Assembly (NCBI GenBank): GCA_964528215.1
Contig: CAZGSA010000002.1
Coordinates: 1 to 34,561, forward strand
DNA length: 34,561 bases
DNA from: Candidatus Woesearchaeota archaeon
GTDB lineage: Archaea; Nanobdellota; Nanobdellia; Pacearchaeales; GW2011-AR1
Reading direction: 5' to 3'
A program made the translations under genes and the position numbers. Shown piece after piece: positions 1 through 8,065 of the stretch (its first letter is position 1; each line of letters begins with the position of its first letter). The notes under the pieces were generated by a model that made no database searches, had not been told where the DNA came from, and was given only the letters and a program-made list of their open reading frames with translations.

Positions 1-962
1 AATTAATTGCAAAACAAGGAAAGTTTGAAGCAAGAATTGGAAATGAAACTGTTTATGTTGGAGGAGATAAAGATATAACTTATGTTGCAAGAACAGGCGA
101 TCAATCTGGTATTTATTCCTGTAATGCTGTTCAGGAAGGAGAAGTGTGTAGTTTCAGATTTGCAATATCATTAAGTGAAGAATCTGCAAACAGGCATGCA
201 GATATAACTAATAAACTTGGAGTTAATGTAACACTCCCTCAATACTTAGAGAAAAAATTAGACTTATATTTAGACGATAAATTAGTTGACTCTTTATATA
301 TAAGCAAAGATTTGAAAGGAAGCACAACAACACAAATTGCAATTTCAGGCTCTGGAACAGGGGCAACAAGACAAGAAGCATATGATGATGCAACTGCAAA
401 CATGAAGCAACTTCAGACAGTCCTGATTACAGGAAGCCTTCCATTTAAATTAAAGATTGAAAAACTAGATTCAATATCTCCATTATTAGGAAAAGAGTTT
501 ATTAATACAATCATGATTGCAGGAATAGCAGCAATTCTTGCAGTAGGAATTGTTGTTTTCTTAAGATATAGGAAAATAAAATTATCTTTAGCAGTTTTAT
601 TAACAAGTTTAGCAGAAATTTTAATCATCTTGGGAATCTCTGCATTATTCAAGAGAAATCTAGACCTCCCTGCTATTGCAGGAATTATAGCAGCAATTGG
701 AACCGGAGTAGACTCTCAAATTATTATCTTAGATGAATCTCAAATAAAAGAAAGTCTTTCTATAAAAGAAAAAATTAAGAGGGCCCTGTATATAATCCTT
801 GGAACCTATGTAACCACTTTATTTGCACTTCTACCTTTAGTCTGGGCAGGAGCTGGATTATTAAAAGGATTTGCAATTACAACAATAATTGGAATTAGTG
901 TTGGTGTTTTTATAACAAGACCAGCATTCTCAGAAATAGTAAAAAGAATTTTAAAAGAATAG
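1..962 (+). CDS. secD: Protein-export membrane protein SecD, C-terminal part (5' end outside the window)
   Basis: The frame of ORF 144..962 stays open back to base 3 (LIAKQGKFEARIGNETVYVGG...), so the gene is cut by the window edge. The segment GSLPFKLKIEKLDSISPLLGKEF is followed by about five hydrophobic helices, including LPAIAGIIAAIGTGVDSQIIILDE. This matches the SecD periplasmic-head-to-TM2-6 layout. Stop TAG at 960-962. Confidence 0.7.
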   Translation, partial: LIAKQGKFEARIGNETVYVGGDKDITYVARTGDQSGIYSCNAVQEGEVCSFRFAISLSEESANRHADITNKLGVNVTLPQYLEKKLDLYLDDKLVDSLYISKDLKGSTTTQIAISGSGTGATRQEAYDDATANMKQLQTVLITGSLPFKLKIEKLDSISPLLGKEFINTIMIAGIAAILAVGIVVFLRYRKIKLSLAVLLTSLAEILIILGISALFKRNLDLPAIAGIIAAIGTGVDSQIIILDESQIKESLSIKEKIKRALYIILGTYVTTLFALLPLVWAGAGLLKGFAITTIIGISVGVFITRPAFSEIVKRILKE

Positions 963-982
963 ATGAAATATCTGAAATAAAT

Positions 983-1300
983 ATTAGTAATCTAATGTAA
1001 GTTTAATATCAATATCAATATAGCTAATCAACACATCTTCGAAACATAAATCATTAGAGATTATTGGAATAGATAATTAATATCATTAACTTGATGTATA
1101 TCAGTTCAAATCTACTGATCTTCAGCCAGACATAATAAACAGTTATTGATGTAAGATAGAAATAATCAGTAAGTTAATGGAAGTTTAATTATGAAGAGAG
1201 TAGGATAGTTAATCAAATCATCTTCAGAACATAATCTGATAGTAGCATGAATCTCAACAACCTCTACTCATCTGCATAACATCAATTATTAACAGATATT
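983..1300 (+). repeat. Diverged tandem duplication (unit 1 ~983-1160, unit 2 ~1161-1300) carrying four copies of the intergenic motif
   Basis: By hand alignment, gtaagtttaatatcaatatcaatatagctaatcaacacatcttcgaaacataa (~997-1049) matches ggaagtttaattatgaagagagtaggatagttaatcaaatcatcttcagaacataa (~1179-1234). Each unit is followed by a second motif type: aaatctactgatcttcagccagacataataaacagttattgatg (1108-1151) and ctctactcatctgcataacatcaattattaacag (1262-1295). No ORF of useful length on either strand. Confidence 0.6.
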
Positions 1301-1408
1301 TTAATTTAACATCTATTTCAAAATATAAAACAAAACATTTATATATCTGCACAACTTTCACAGCATACACAGATAAGACATTAAAATAAACTATTTAAAA
1401 AATTTAAA

Positions 1409-1648
1409 ATGCCAAACATAACATTATCTATACCAGAAGAACTCAAAAAGCAATTAGACTTGCTCCCAGAAATAAATTTCTCAGAGTCTGTTAGAAAGTT
1501 TTTAACTGAAAAAGCTAAAAGAGCATTATTGCTTAAGAAGTTAGATAAAATGCTAGAAAAGTCAGAGCTAACTGAAGAAGATTGTTTAAGATTAGGCAAT
1601 GAAGTTAAAGAACGAGTCTGGAAAAGACATAAAGAAGAGGGTTGGTAA
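1409..1648 (+). CDS. vapB: Antitoxin-like small DNA-binding protein (VapB-type partner of the downstream PIN protein)
   Basis: 79 aa. The N-terminus ITLSIPEELKKQLDLLPEINFSESVRKFL is typical of archaeal antitoxins. Its stop TAA (1646-1648) abuts the ATG of the PIN gene at 1649. Confidence 0.6.
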   Translation: MPNITLSIPEELKKQLDLLPEINFSESVRKFLTEKAKRALLLKKLDKMLEKSELTEEDCLRLGNEVKERVWKRHKEEGW

Positions 1649-2071
1649 ATGAAACTAGTGGTTGATGCAAATATATTATTTTCATTTTTTAGAGATAATC
1701 CAGTAAGATTTATTATTATGAATTCACAATCTTTAAACTTAAAATTATTTTCACCATCGCATGGAATTGATGAATTAAGAGGCAATATTCCAGATTTAAT
1801 CAAATATTCTAAACTATCAAATGATGAGATTTTATCATTAATTGAAAAGATAAAAGAATTTATATCTGTCTGCTCTTCTTCTGAATATAAGGAATTTGAA
1901 TCAAAAGCACAAGAATTGTCTCCACACAAATCAGATAAAGACACACCTTATTTTGCACTCGCACTTAAACTAGAAAGTGCAATTTGGTCTAATGAACATG
2001 CATTTAAAAAACAATCCTCAATTAAAATATTTAATACAAAAGAATTAAGAGAATCCTTGGATTTAGAATAA
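1649..2071 (+). CDS. vapC: PIN-domain ribonuclease toxin (VapC-like)
   Basis: 140 aa. MKLVVDANILFSFF carries the first conserved Asp. IDELR and DTPYFALALKL supply later acidic positions with PIN-like spacing. The gene starts immediately after the antitoxin stop. Confidence 0.75.
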   Translation: MKLVVDANILFSFFRDNPVRFIIMNSQSLNLKLFSPSHGIDELRGNIPDLIKYSKLSNDEILSLIEKIKEFISVCSSSEYKEFESKAQELSPHKSDKDTPYFALALKLESAIWSNEHAFKKQSSIKIFNTKELRESLDLE

Positions 2072-2113
2072 GATATTAATAACTTATTTAAAATAATCTC
2101 CACATCAAATAAA

Positions 2114-2160
2114 TTAATCAACTCATCTTTAAAACATAAAACCATAAGAGTTATTAATAA
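2114..2160 (+). repeat. Intergenic motif copy (alpha type)
   Basis: ttaatcaactcatctttaaaacataaaaccataagagttattaataa. By hand alignment it is roughly 80 percent identical over ~45 nt to the copy at 1025-1067. It lies 16 nt upstream of the ATG at 2176. Confidence 0.6.
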
Positions 2161-2175
2161 TAAAAATCAAAAAAC

Positions 2176-2580
2176 ATGTTACCAAAATACCATGCTATAT
2201 TCGGACTAATATCCTCAATATTAGCTTATTTTATGCTGCCCATAACATTATTTCAAGCATCCCTGATTTTCTTTGCATCATTTTTAATTGATTTTGACCA
2301 TTATATTTGGTATGTTTATAAAAAAAGAGATTTTAGTTTAAAGAGAGCATATTTTTATTTAAAAAATAAAGTAGATAAAAAACCTCATTTAATGATTTTT
2401 CATACAATTGAATTTTTAGCCTTAATTGCAATTCTTGCATATTTTATTCCAATTTTTATCTTTATCTTAATAGGAATGTTATTTCATTCCATATTAGATG
2501 TAATTAATTTATCTTATAGAAACTCATTAAACTCTAGAGAATTTAGTTTAATTAGAGGGTTGGTTAGAATTAGAGTTTAG
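2176..2580 (+). CDS. Small integral membrane protein of unknown function (~4 TM helices)
   Basis: 134 aa and strongly hydrophobic. It has an FLIDFDHYIW motif, and a His (FHSILD) in the last helix. I have no confident family assignment. Confidence 0.5.
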   Translation: MLPKYHAIFGLISSILAYFMLPITLFQASLIFFASFLIDFDHYIWYVYKKRDFSLKRAYFYLKNKVDKKPHLMIFHTIEFLALIAILAYFIPIFIFILIGMLFHSILDVINLSYRNSLNSREFSLIRGLVRIRV

Positions 2581-2652
2581 TTCTCAATTATTAGCAACAG
2601 AATCATTCCAAAAATTATGCAAAAAAACTGAAGATTTTAAAAAATAATTTTT

Positions 2653-4149
2653 TCACCAATTATCAATCTTAGTTTTTCTCTCAATAGGGTCTAAACTTGA
2701 TATTTCTATGTCTTCATAATACGAATCTCTCCCATAATGGGTTGTTGATATCTCCTCAAATATTGCTCCAGTATCTGAAGAAAAATTATGCATTTTATCT
2801 CTTTCTATTAATAATAGATCTCCTGGGAATAAGTTATACATCTTTCCATCTAAATTAACTTTTAAATTGCCCCATAAAACCTGGAAGGTTTCTTCTTTCT
2901 TCTTGTGAAGGTGATTTGGATTTATTTGATTGGGCAATAAACATATAATCTTTTTACAATATTCTCTATTCATTATATTAACTATGAGAATTCCAACTTC
3001 TCTGAATCTCTCTGATCCATAATGATGAGATAATTCAAGTTCAAAATTCTTTCCTAATCTTATGCCTGCTTCATTAATCATTCCTTTATATTCATGTATA
3101 ATTTTTCTTGTATTGGCTATAGGATCCTTACTTGTATCATGGATAAATAAAGCCTCATGTGGTTGATAATCTCTTTCTGCAATTAATAATGACCTCATTT
3201 TACCCATTTCTTCACTACTTGTTTGTTCTGACTGGCAGGGCATAGCAAAATAAACATCTTCTCTATTTATTTTCTCACCTTTACTTATCAATCTTTTAGC
3301 ATAAACTCCTCTTTTTAAGGATAATAAAGATTCTCTTTCTGTCTCATCAATTTTTTTATTTACTTGCCCACATATTTTTTTAATAGTTAAAACTGCTTTA
3401 ACCCATTCATCAACTTGTGAGGGATTCATAGAATATTTGTTTAATTTGATTTCATCTGTTTCAAGACCTACATGTCTTTCAAATATCTTGGCCCCCTTGC
3501 ATACAGCTGTTTTTACAATATCTAAATTATCTGGAGTTTCATGACCTGAATATCCGATTATTCTTTTAGGATATCTTTTTATTAATTTTTCAAGAAAATT
3601 CATATGTATAGAATCATTTAGAGAAGGATACAATGCAACACAATACATTACTGCAAAGTCAACATTTCTATGTTCAAAAAAACTGACTAGGTTATCTATT
3701 TCATGAATATCAAGACCTCCAGTGGACGCTATTACTGGTTTTCCACTATTTGCAATTTTTTCTAAAAGGGGCCAATCCTTAGCACTACAACTTCCGATTT
3801 TTATTATATCAATTCCATTTCTAATGCATTTGTCAACAGAAACTTCATCAAAAGGTGTTACTATAGATAACATTCCATTTTGTTTTGTAAATTTTGAAAG
3901 TGTAAAAAATTCTTCGTCAGAAAGTCTTGTACTTAAAAATCTGGGTATGTGTTTTAAATCCTCTCTATCAGTAAAATCTTTATGAATAAAAGTATCCAGA
4001 TCCCTATACTGGAATTTTACAGCAGCTTTTATATCCTGCTTTTTTGCTAGATCTCCCATTTCTTTAATTATATTTAAACCATGATTTAAATTTCCTTGGT
4101 GATTATTAGCCATTTCAAAAATAAATAAATTTTCAAATAATTCACTCAT
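2653..4149 (-). CDS. NeuB-family nonulosonate/sialic-acid synthase with SAF domain, fused to a C-terminal D-lyxose-isomerase-type cupin
   Basis: The N-terminus has FIFEMANNHQGNLNHG (NeuB IAEIGxNHxG-type motif) and a TIM-barrel body (IKIGSCS, PVIASTGG, GYSGHE, FERH). The SAF-like segment is LKRGVYAKRLISKGEKINREDVYFAMP. The C-terminal ~150 aa (nt ~2656-3110) aligns by eye with the B. subtilis YdaE/Lyx_isomer family, and the metal ligands are kept (NHLH, EETF, MHNF). I prefer the ATG at 4149, preceded by GGGGGGGTGA, over the track's GTG at 4158. Confidence 0.85.
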   Translation of the reverse strand: MSELFENLFIFEMANNHQGNLNHGLNIIKEMGDLAKKQDIKAAVKFQYRDLDTFIHKDFTDREDLKHIPRFLSTRLSDEEFFTLSKFTKQNGMLSIVTPFDEVSVDKCIRNGIDIIKIGSCSAKDWPLLEKIANSGKPVIASTGGLDIHEIDNLVSFFEHRNVDFAVMYCVALYPSLNDSIHMNFLEKLIKRYPKRIIGYSGHETPDNLDIVKTAVCKGAKIFERHVGLETDEIKLNKYSMNPSQVDEWVKAVLTIKKICGQVNKKIDETERESLLSLKRGVYAKRLISKGEKINREDVYFAMPCQSEQTSSEEMGKMRSLLIAERDYQPHEALFIHDTSKDPIANTRKIIHEYKGMINEAGIRLGKNFELELSHHYGSERFREVGILIVNIMNREYCKKIICLLPNQINPNHLHKKKEETFQVLWGNLKVNLDGKMYNLFPGDLLLIERDKMHNFSSDTGAIFEEISTTHYGRDSYYEDIEISSLDPIERKTKIDNW

Positions 4150-4154
4150 TAGAT

Positions 4155-5192
4155 TCACCCCCCCTTAAGATTCTTTTTTAAATGATGAATAGATATTGAC
4201 CTGTCATCAATGTAATAATCGCTAGCAGGTTTGCCAAACATAAGCTTGTGAAATTTTACTCCCCAATCCTTAAGTTGGTTTCTTGTAGTTTCTTCCCAAT
4301 CAATTCCGGTTTTGTTTCCTCTTGCTGTAAATAAGATTATTTCATTCTTTTTATTAAAAAGAATATTTATTATTTTTATATTTTCTTTTAATGGCAATGC
4401 CTGGTTATAATTATTTCCAGGAGTTAATGTTGCTATAACTCCATCTATATCAATGCAAAAAGATTTATTTTCTAGATTAATGCTTTTGTTTAATAATGCC
4501 TTTTCCAAATCTTCTATTGAATCTATATCATATATTTCATTAATTATATATCCATGTATATTATCTCCAGTCATAGATCTTTTTTCTAAAAGGGTTTTAG
4601 TTCTTAGAACATCAATACTAGCAGTTTGAAGAAATGTTTTTGGCAAAACTTGCCTTGGGAGATTATGTGCATCTCTTATTTCTGTATTTACAACAGAAGA
4701 TAGTAAATTATTTTCTTTCAAAAACCACATTTTAAAAGGAGTTTCAGGACTCTCTATTATAGATCTTACAGAATCTAAATGAGGGTTATTGATTAGGATT
4801 TCAATCATCTTATCAATGTCTTTAACATCTCTTAGGGGATGTGTTGGGCGTAGATGCACGATTATATCCGGCTCATAATCTTCATTTTCTTTTAACCAAT
4901 TTATTGTATGAAGAAAAACCGGGAAATCAGGAGTTTTGTCTTGAGCATGTTCTTCTGGCCTAATAAACGGGGCTTCTGCTCCATATTTTTTTGCTATTTC
5001 TGCATAAAAATCACTATCAGTACTCACTATAACTCTATTTATTAATTTTGAATCAAGAGCATGTTCTATGGAATAAGCTATCATTGGTTTCCCATGCATG
5101 CTCATTATATTTTTATCTGGGATACCCTTTGAACCACTTCTAGCAGGAATTATTGCTATTATGTTTTTCTTCTCCAAATTTTTCTCTTCCAT
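4155..5192 (-). CDS. Acylneuraminate (CMP-nonulosonate) cytidylyltransferase fused to a C-terminal HAD-superfamily phosphatase domain
   Basis: IIAIIPARSGSKGIPDKNI...GKPMIAYSIEHAL...VIVSTDSD is the classic NeuA/KdsB-type N-terminus. The C-terminal domain (nt ~4158-4470) carries all four HAD motifs: CIDIDGVIA (DxD), LFTARG (Thr), FGKP (Lys) and YYIDDRS (DD). I prefer the ATG at 5192, with AAGGAG 10 nt upstream, over the TTG at 5198. Its stop TGA overlaps the downstream synthase GTG. Confidence 0.85.
   Translation of the reverse strand: MEEKNLEKKNIIAIIPARSGSKGIPDKNIMSMHGKPMIAYSIEHALDSKLINRVIVSTDSDFYAEIAKKYGAEAPFIRPEEHAQDKTPDFPVFLHTINWLKENEDYEPDIIVHLRPTHPLRDVKDIDKMIEILINNPHLDSVRSIIESPETPFKMWFLKENNLLSSVVNTEIRDAHNLPRQVLPKTFLQTASIDVLRTKTLLEKRSMTGDNIHGYIINEIYDIDSIEDLEKALLNKSINLENKSFCIDIDGVIATLTPGNNYNQALPLKENIKIINILFNKKNEIILFTARGNKTGIDWEETTRNQLKDWGVKFHKLMFGKPASDYYIDDRSISIHHLKKNLKGG
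4158..4164 (-). repeat. G7 homopolymer (C7 on the + strand) at the stop/start junction of the cytidylyltransferase-HAD and synthase-cupin genes
   Basis: Minus-strand sequence is aag ggg ggg tga atc taa tga gtg. It is the longest G/C run I noticed in an otherwise very AT-rich window. It encodes the terminal Gly-Gly of the upstream gene and forms the SD-like element for the downstream gene. Confidence 0.9.
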
Positions 5193-5334
5193 CCTCAATC
5201 TTCTCCTTGTTTTTTTGTTTTGTTCAATAATTTAACGCACAATTATGCGATAATTTTCTTCTTGCATTTGAGGGGTTATTGTTATTTCTTCTTTTTAATG
5301 ATTATTGTTATACAATATTTACCCTCAACAGACA

Positions 5335-5359
5335 TTATAACTCTGAGGATATACAAAGG
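5335..5359 (+). repeat. Short intergenic motif copy (AACTCTGAG..TATACAAA type)
   Basis: ttataactctgaggatatacaaagg matches aaaactctgagttatacaaatg at 19415-19436. That is about 20 of 23 positions with one indel. Confidence 0.45.
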
Positions 5360-5442
5360 CAGATCTAATGTCTTATCTCCTAACACTCAACTACTTTTAA
5401 ATTTCTTCAAGATTTATAAGCATTATTGCAGAGAACTATATA

Positions 5443-6450
5443 CTATCTCAAAATCTTTTTCTTAAAATCAGAGGCCTTACCCTTTAAATAGTTCTTATTA
5501 AGAAATCTAAATCTTCTTTTTCTATCTAAATTTAATAAATAATAGATAACTGCATTATAATCTTTAATATAATCCTCAGTTCTTGCTTTTTTATTCTTAG
5601 CTAATCTAAAAACAGCTTTGACATCTTCATCACCATAAATTAGCTCAAAGCCATTTTGTTTTAAGATATTTGTTAGAGAAGCAAGACTAAAGTTATAAAC
5701 ATGAGCATTTTGAATATATTTTAAAAAATCTAATTCATAGTTTTTCTCTAAATTTTTTATCCCAGGAACTTCAATATAAATATAACCATCTTTATTTAAT
5801 ATTTTTTTGATTTTATCTAATTCTTTTTTTAAATCAAGAATATGTTCAAATACATGAGAATAAATCACTAAATCTGCTTTTGTTTTTCGTTTAATTAATT
5901 CATCAATATTTCCAAAAAACAAATCAAGACCTTTTTGCCGTCCATAATTTAAATAAGATTCATCAAAATCAACTCCTCTAACATTAAATCTTTTGTCTTT
6001 AAAATAACTTAAAATACCTCCTGAACCAACCCCTACTTCAACAACACTCCCTTCGAGTAATGGAAGGTATTTAGTAATAAAATCATAGATTTTTTTACCA
6101 TGTTTATACTGGGAATCAAATAAAACATCAAATCTGCCAGGTTTCCCAATATATAAATTTCTGTAATCTTTTTTATAAAATTGATTATAACTTTTTTCAT
6201 TAAATCTAGGATTTGTAAAAACCAATCCACAATTATTACAAACAACAGTGTTTAATCTAAATCCATATCTGTCTTTTTCAGCCAAGACAGCAAAATCTTT
6301 ATTTTTACAAATAGGACATTGATTTATTGATTCAAAAGCATATTTTTTATTATTAATTTTTTCAATAACTTTTTGTTTTGTTTGTTTTTGAACTAAATTT
6401 AGTTTTAATTCTGGTTTGCTTGAATATTTAAATCTTTTAACTAATACCAT
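5443..6450 (-). CDS. Class I SAM-dependent methyltransferase with N-terminal Cys4 zinc-ribbon
   Basis: CPICKNKDF...CNNCGLVF forms the zinc ribbon. VVEVGVGSGGIL is methyltransferase motif I, and VRGVDFDE supplies the acidic residue after beta-2. DLVIYSHVFEHI and GYIYIEVP follow. Confidence 0.8.
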   Translation of the reverse strand: MVLVKRFKYSSKPELKLNLVQKQTKQKVIEKINNKKYAFESINQCPICKNKDFAVLAEKDRYGFRLNTVVCNNCGLVFTNPRFNEKSYNQFYKKDYRNLYIGKPGRFDVLFDSQYKHGKKIYDFITKYLPLLEGSVVEVGVGSGGILSYFKDKRFNVRGVDFDESYLNYGRQKGLDLFFGNIDELIKRKTKADLVIYSHVFEHILDLKKELDKIKKILNKDGYIYIEVPGIKNLEKNYELDFLKYIQNAHVYNFSLASLTNILKQNGFELIYGDEDVKAVFRLAKNKKARTEDYIKDYNAVIYYLLNLDRKRRFRFLNKNYLKGKASDFKKKILR

Positions 6451-6562
6451 TTTTATGTTTAATTTTAATATTGATACTTAATTTAATATCCTCTCAATAT
6501 AACCTTTTGTCCTACTCTTATTTATTTTTGAAGGGTTACGGATATAACATTGATATTTTCTT

Positions 6563-8065
6563 TTATCTTTTCATCTTCATTATATTTATCAAATCAACAA
6601 TTCTTTGAGTTGATTTCCCATCAAGTCTATAGGCAAAATTTCTAATAAAATTCATTTTGTTTTTTTCAAAATTTTTATTAAATTCCACTCCAAACAAAAC
6701 TTTTTTAATAGCTTGATTTAACATACCTTTCTCATAAACAGTATATCCAACTCCTTCTCCACCATAATTTATACTACCTAATTTTTCTCCAATTTCAATA
6801 GAAATACATGGACGGCCTAAAAAAACAGATTCTATTCCAACAGTTGAATAGCAGGTCACTAATAAATCGCAGCAATCAAATAAATCATATAAATTAACAT
6901 CTTTGAAAACTTTAACATTTTCAGGAAGAGGTGGAAAATCCTCTTTTTCCATTCGAGGATGAAGCTTAACAACAAACTCAAACCCATTATCGCCATTATT
7001 TATAATTTTATTAACTGTTTCAATAAATTCTATATTTGCATTTATAATTGTTTGGCTTTGAGGTGGTTGGGCACCAAAAATAATAATTTTTTTCTTATCA
7101 TCTAATCCAAATTCTTTACAAGCATCTTTTCTTAATCTTCTACTTCTAATTGTAATTTCATCAAATCTAGGTTGACCAGTAACAATTATGTTATTAGACT
7201 CTGCTCCTCCATCAATAAGATGCTGTTTTTCTTTTTCACCAAAAACAGCCATTTTATCCGCAATAACTTCATTAAAAATAGGATTTCCATAATTTAATCC
7301 ATGTTGAACAACTAAACTTTTAATCTTCTTTTTTCTACCAACCAAAACAGCAGCTCTTCCAAAATCATGATTATCTTCTGCTAAAACAACAATTTTAGTA
7401 TTATTTTTTTCATAAATCTTAGCAACTAGCTCAATCAACCTTATTGCTTCAATAAATCTTTTTCTAGTCTTCATAAAATATTCTAAAACATCAATCACAT
7501 ATTCATAATCTTCTACTAATATTTTTTTTAATTCATCATCATTCTTAATTTTGTCAAACTGTCTTTCTAACCATTTTCCTGCATTTTTCAACTCTTGCTT
7601 AACCTTGTCATCCATATAGCTATCAATACTAGTATAGTCTATCTTATTTTTTTCTAAATGCTCTTTTGTTATTTCAGAGCTTAATCTATCATATTTTATA
7701 ATTTTAACATTTTTAACACCTATTTTTTTAATCACAGGAATAAGTGTAGAAACATGACTTGCAGCACTTACTAAAATAGCAACATCAGCAATTTCAGATA
7801 CTTCAGTGCCACTTTCTGATTCATCAGAACCTTCTTTTAAAGATCCAGAACTTATTATCTTTTCTTTCTCCCTTTGTTTATTTTTATACATAATCACATA
7901 TTTCATAACTCTATGTTTTAATTTTTGATGCATTCTAATTTTTTTAGGATTATTTAAAAAATGAGTAAATATAGCAGTCTCACTAACTAACCAAAGATTA
8001 ATTCCTTTATAATTAAGATATTTCTCAAAAAAGTTTCTTAGTTGTTTTACTTGTCTTAGTTTCAT
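6563..8065 (-). CDS. GT-B fold transferase of the TagF / KpsS / polysialyltransferase-like type (HP motif); specificity unknown
   Basis: 500 aa. Motifs are VVQHGLNYG, VKLHPRMEKE (HP motif) and LVTCYSTVGIES. It is paralogous to the gene immediately upstream. Its ATG overlaps the upstream stop (ATGA). Confidence 0.6.
   Translation of the reverse strand: MKLRQVKQLRNFFEKYLNYKGINLWLVSETAIFTHFLNNPKKIRMHQKLKHRVMKYVIMYKNKQREKEKIISSGSLKEGSDESESGTEVSEIADVAILVSAASHVSTLIPVIKKIGVKNVKIIKYDRLSSEITKEHLEKNKIDYTSIDSYMDDKVKQELKNAGKWLERQFDKIKNDDELKKILVEDYEYVIDVLEYFMKTRKRFIEAIRLIELVAKIYEKNNTKIVVLAEDNHDFGRAAVLVGRKKKIKSLVVQHGLNYGNPIFNEVIADKMAVFGEKEKQHLIDGGAESNNIIVTGQPRFDEITIRSRRLRKDACKEFGLDDKKKIIIFGAQPPQSQTIINANIEFIETVNKIINNGDNGFEFVVKLHPRMEKEDFPPLPENVKVFKDVNLYDLFDCCDLLVTCYSTVGIESVFLGRPCISIEIGEKLGSINYGGEGVGYTVYEKGMLNQAIKKVLFGVEFNKNFEKNKMNFIRNFAYRLDGKSTQRIVDLINIMKMKR

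Noticed and set aside
413-652. Short ORFs on the track that lie antisense to or nested in larger genes: 413..652, 1381..1944, 1948..2145, 3722..3985, 6033..6245, 8474..8722, 9413..9622, 10334..10522, 12268..12462, 12527..12721, 12953..13153, 14520..14726, 18394..18624, 19144..19350, 19703..19900, 21983..22228, 24872..25066, 27595..27804, 30681..30875
   Set aside because: Each overlaps a longer ORF with clear family motifs. Their translations are low-complexity (Ile/Phe/Leu/Ser-rich), as expected from reading AT-rich coding DNA in the wrong frame. None shows a recognisable domain.
1209-1250. C/D-box sRNA reading of the motif on the minus strand (CTGA followed by AGATGAT)
   Set aside because: The core reads GAAGATGA rather than the RUGAUGA C-box. 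I found no terminal D box (CUGA) at consistent spacing, and no second C'/D' pair across copies.
963-1408. Possible CRISPR array, because of repeated ~40-nt units in a non-coding block
   Set aside because: The repeats are only about 70-85 percent similar and come in two types. Their spacing is irregular (roughly 50-100 nt). There are no cas genes in the window. CRISPR repeats would be near-identical and evenly spaced.
1025-2160. Minus-strand translation of the motif copies gives similar peptides (LCFEDVLISY..., LCSEDDLINY..., MVLCFKDELINLF..., LCFEDDLL...), which suggested a small repeated gene
   Set aside because: Most copies lack a start codon and are bounded by stops within about 30 codons. 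The only copy with an ATG (ORF 1948..2145) runs antisense into the well-supported PIN gene. The peptide similarity simply mirrors the conserved nucleotide core.
5220-5465. 81-aa ORF filling the 244-bp spacer on the + strand
   Set aside because: It has a TTG-type start and a low-complexity hydrophobic translation. It overlaps the 3' end of the methyltransferase gene, and has no recognisable motif or ribosome-binding site. I treat the region as non-coding.
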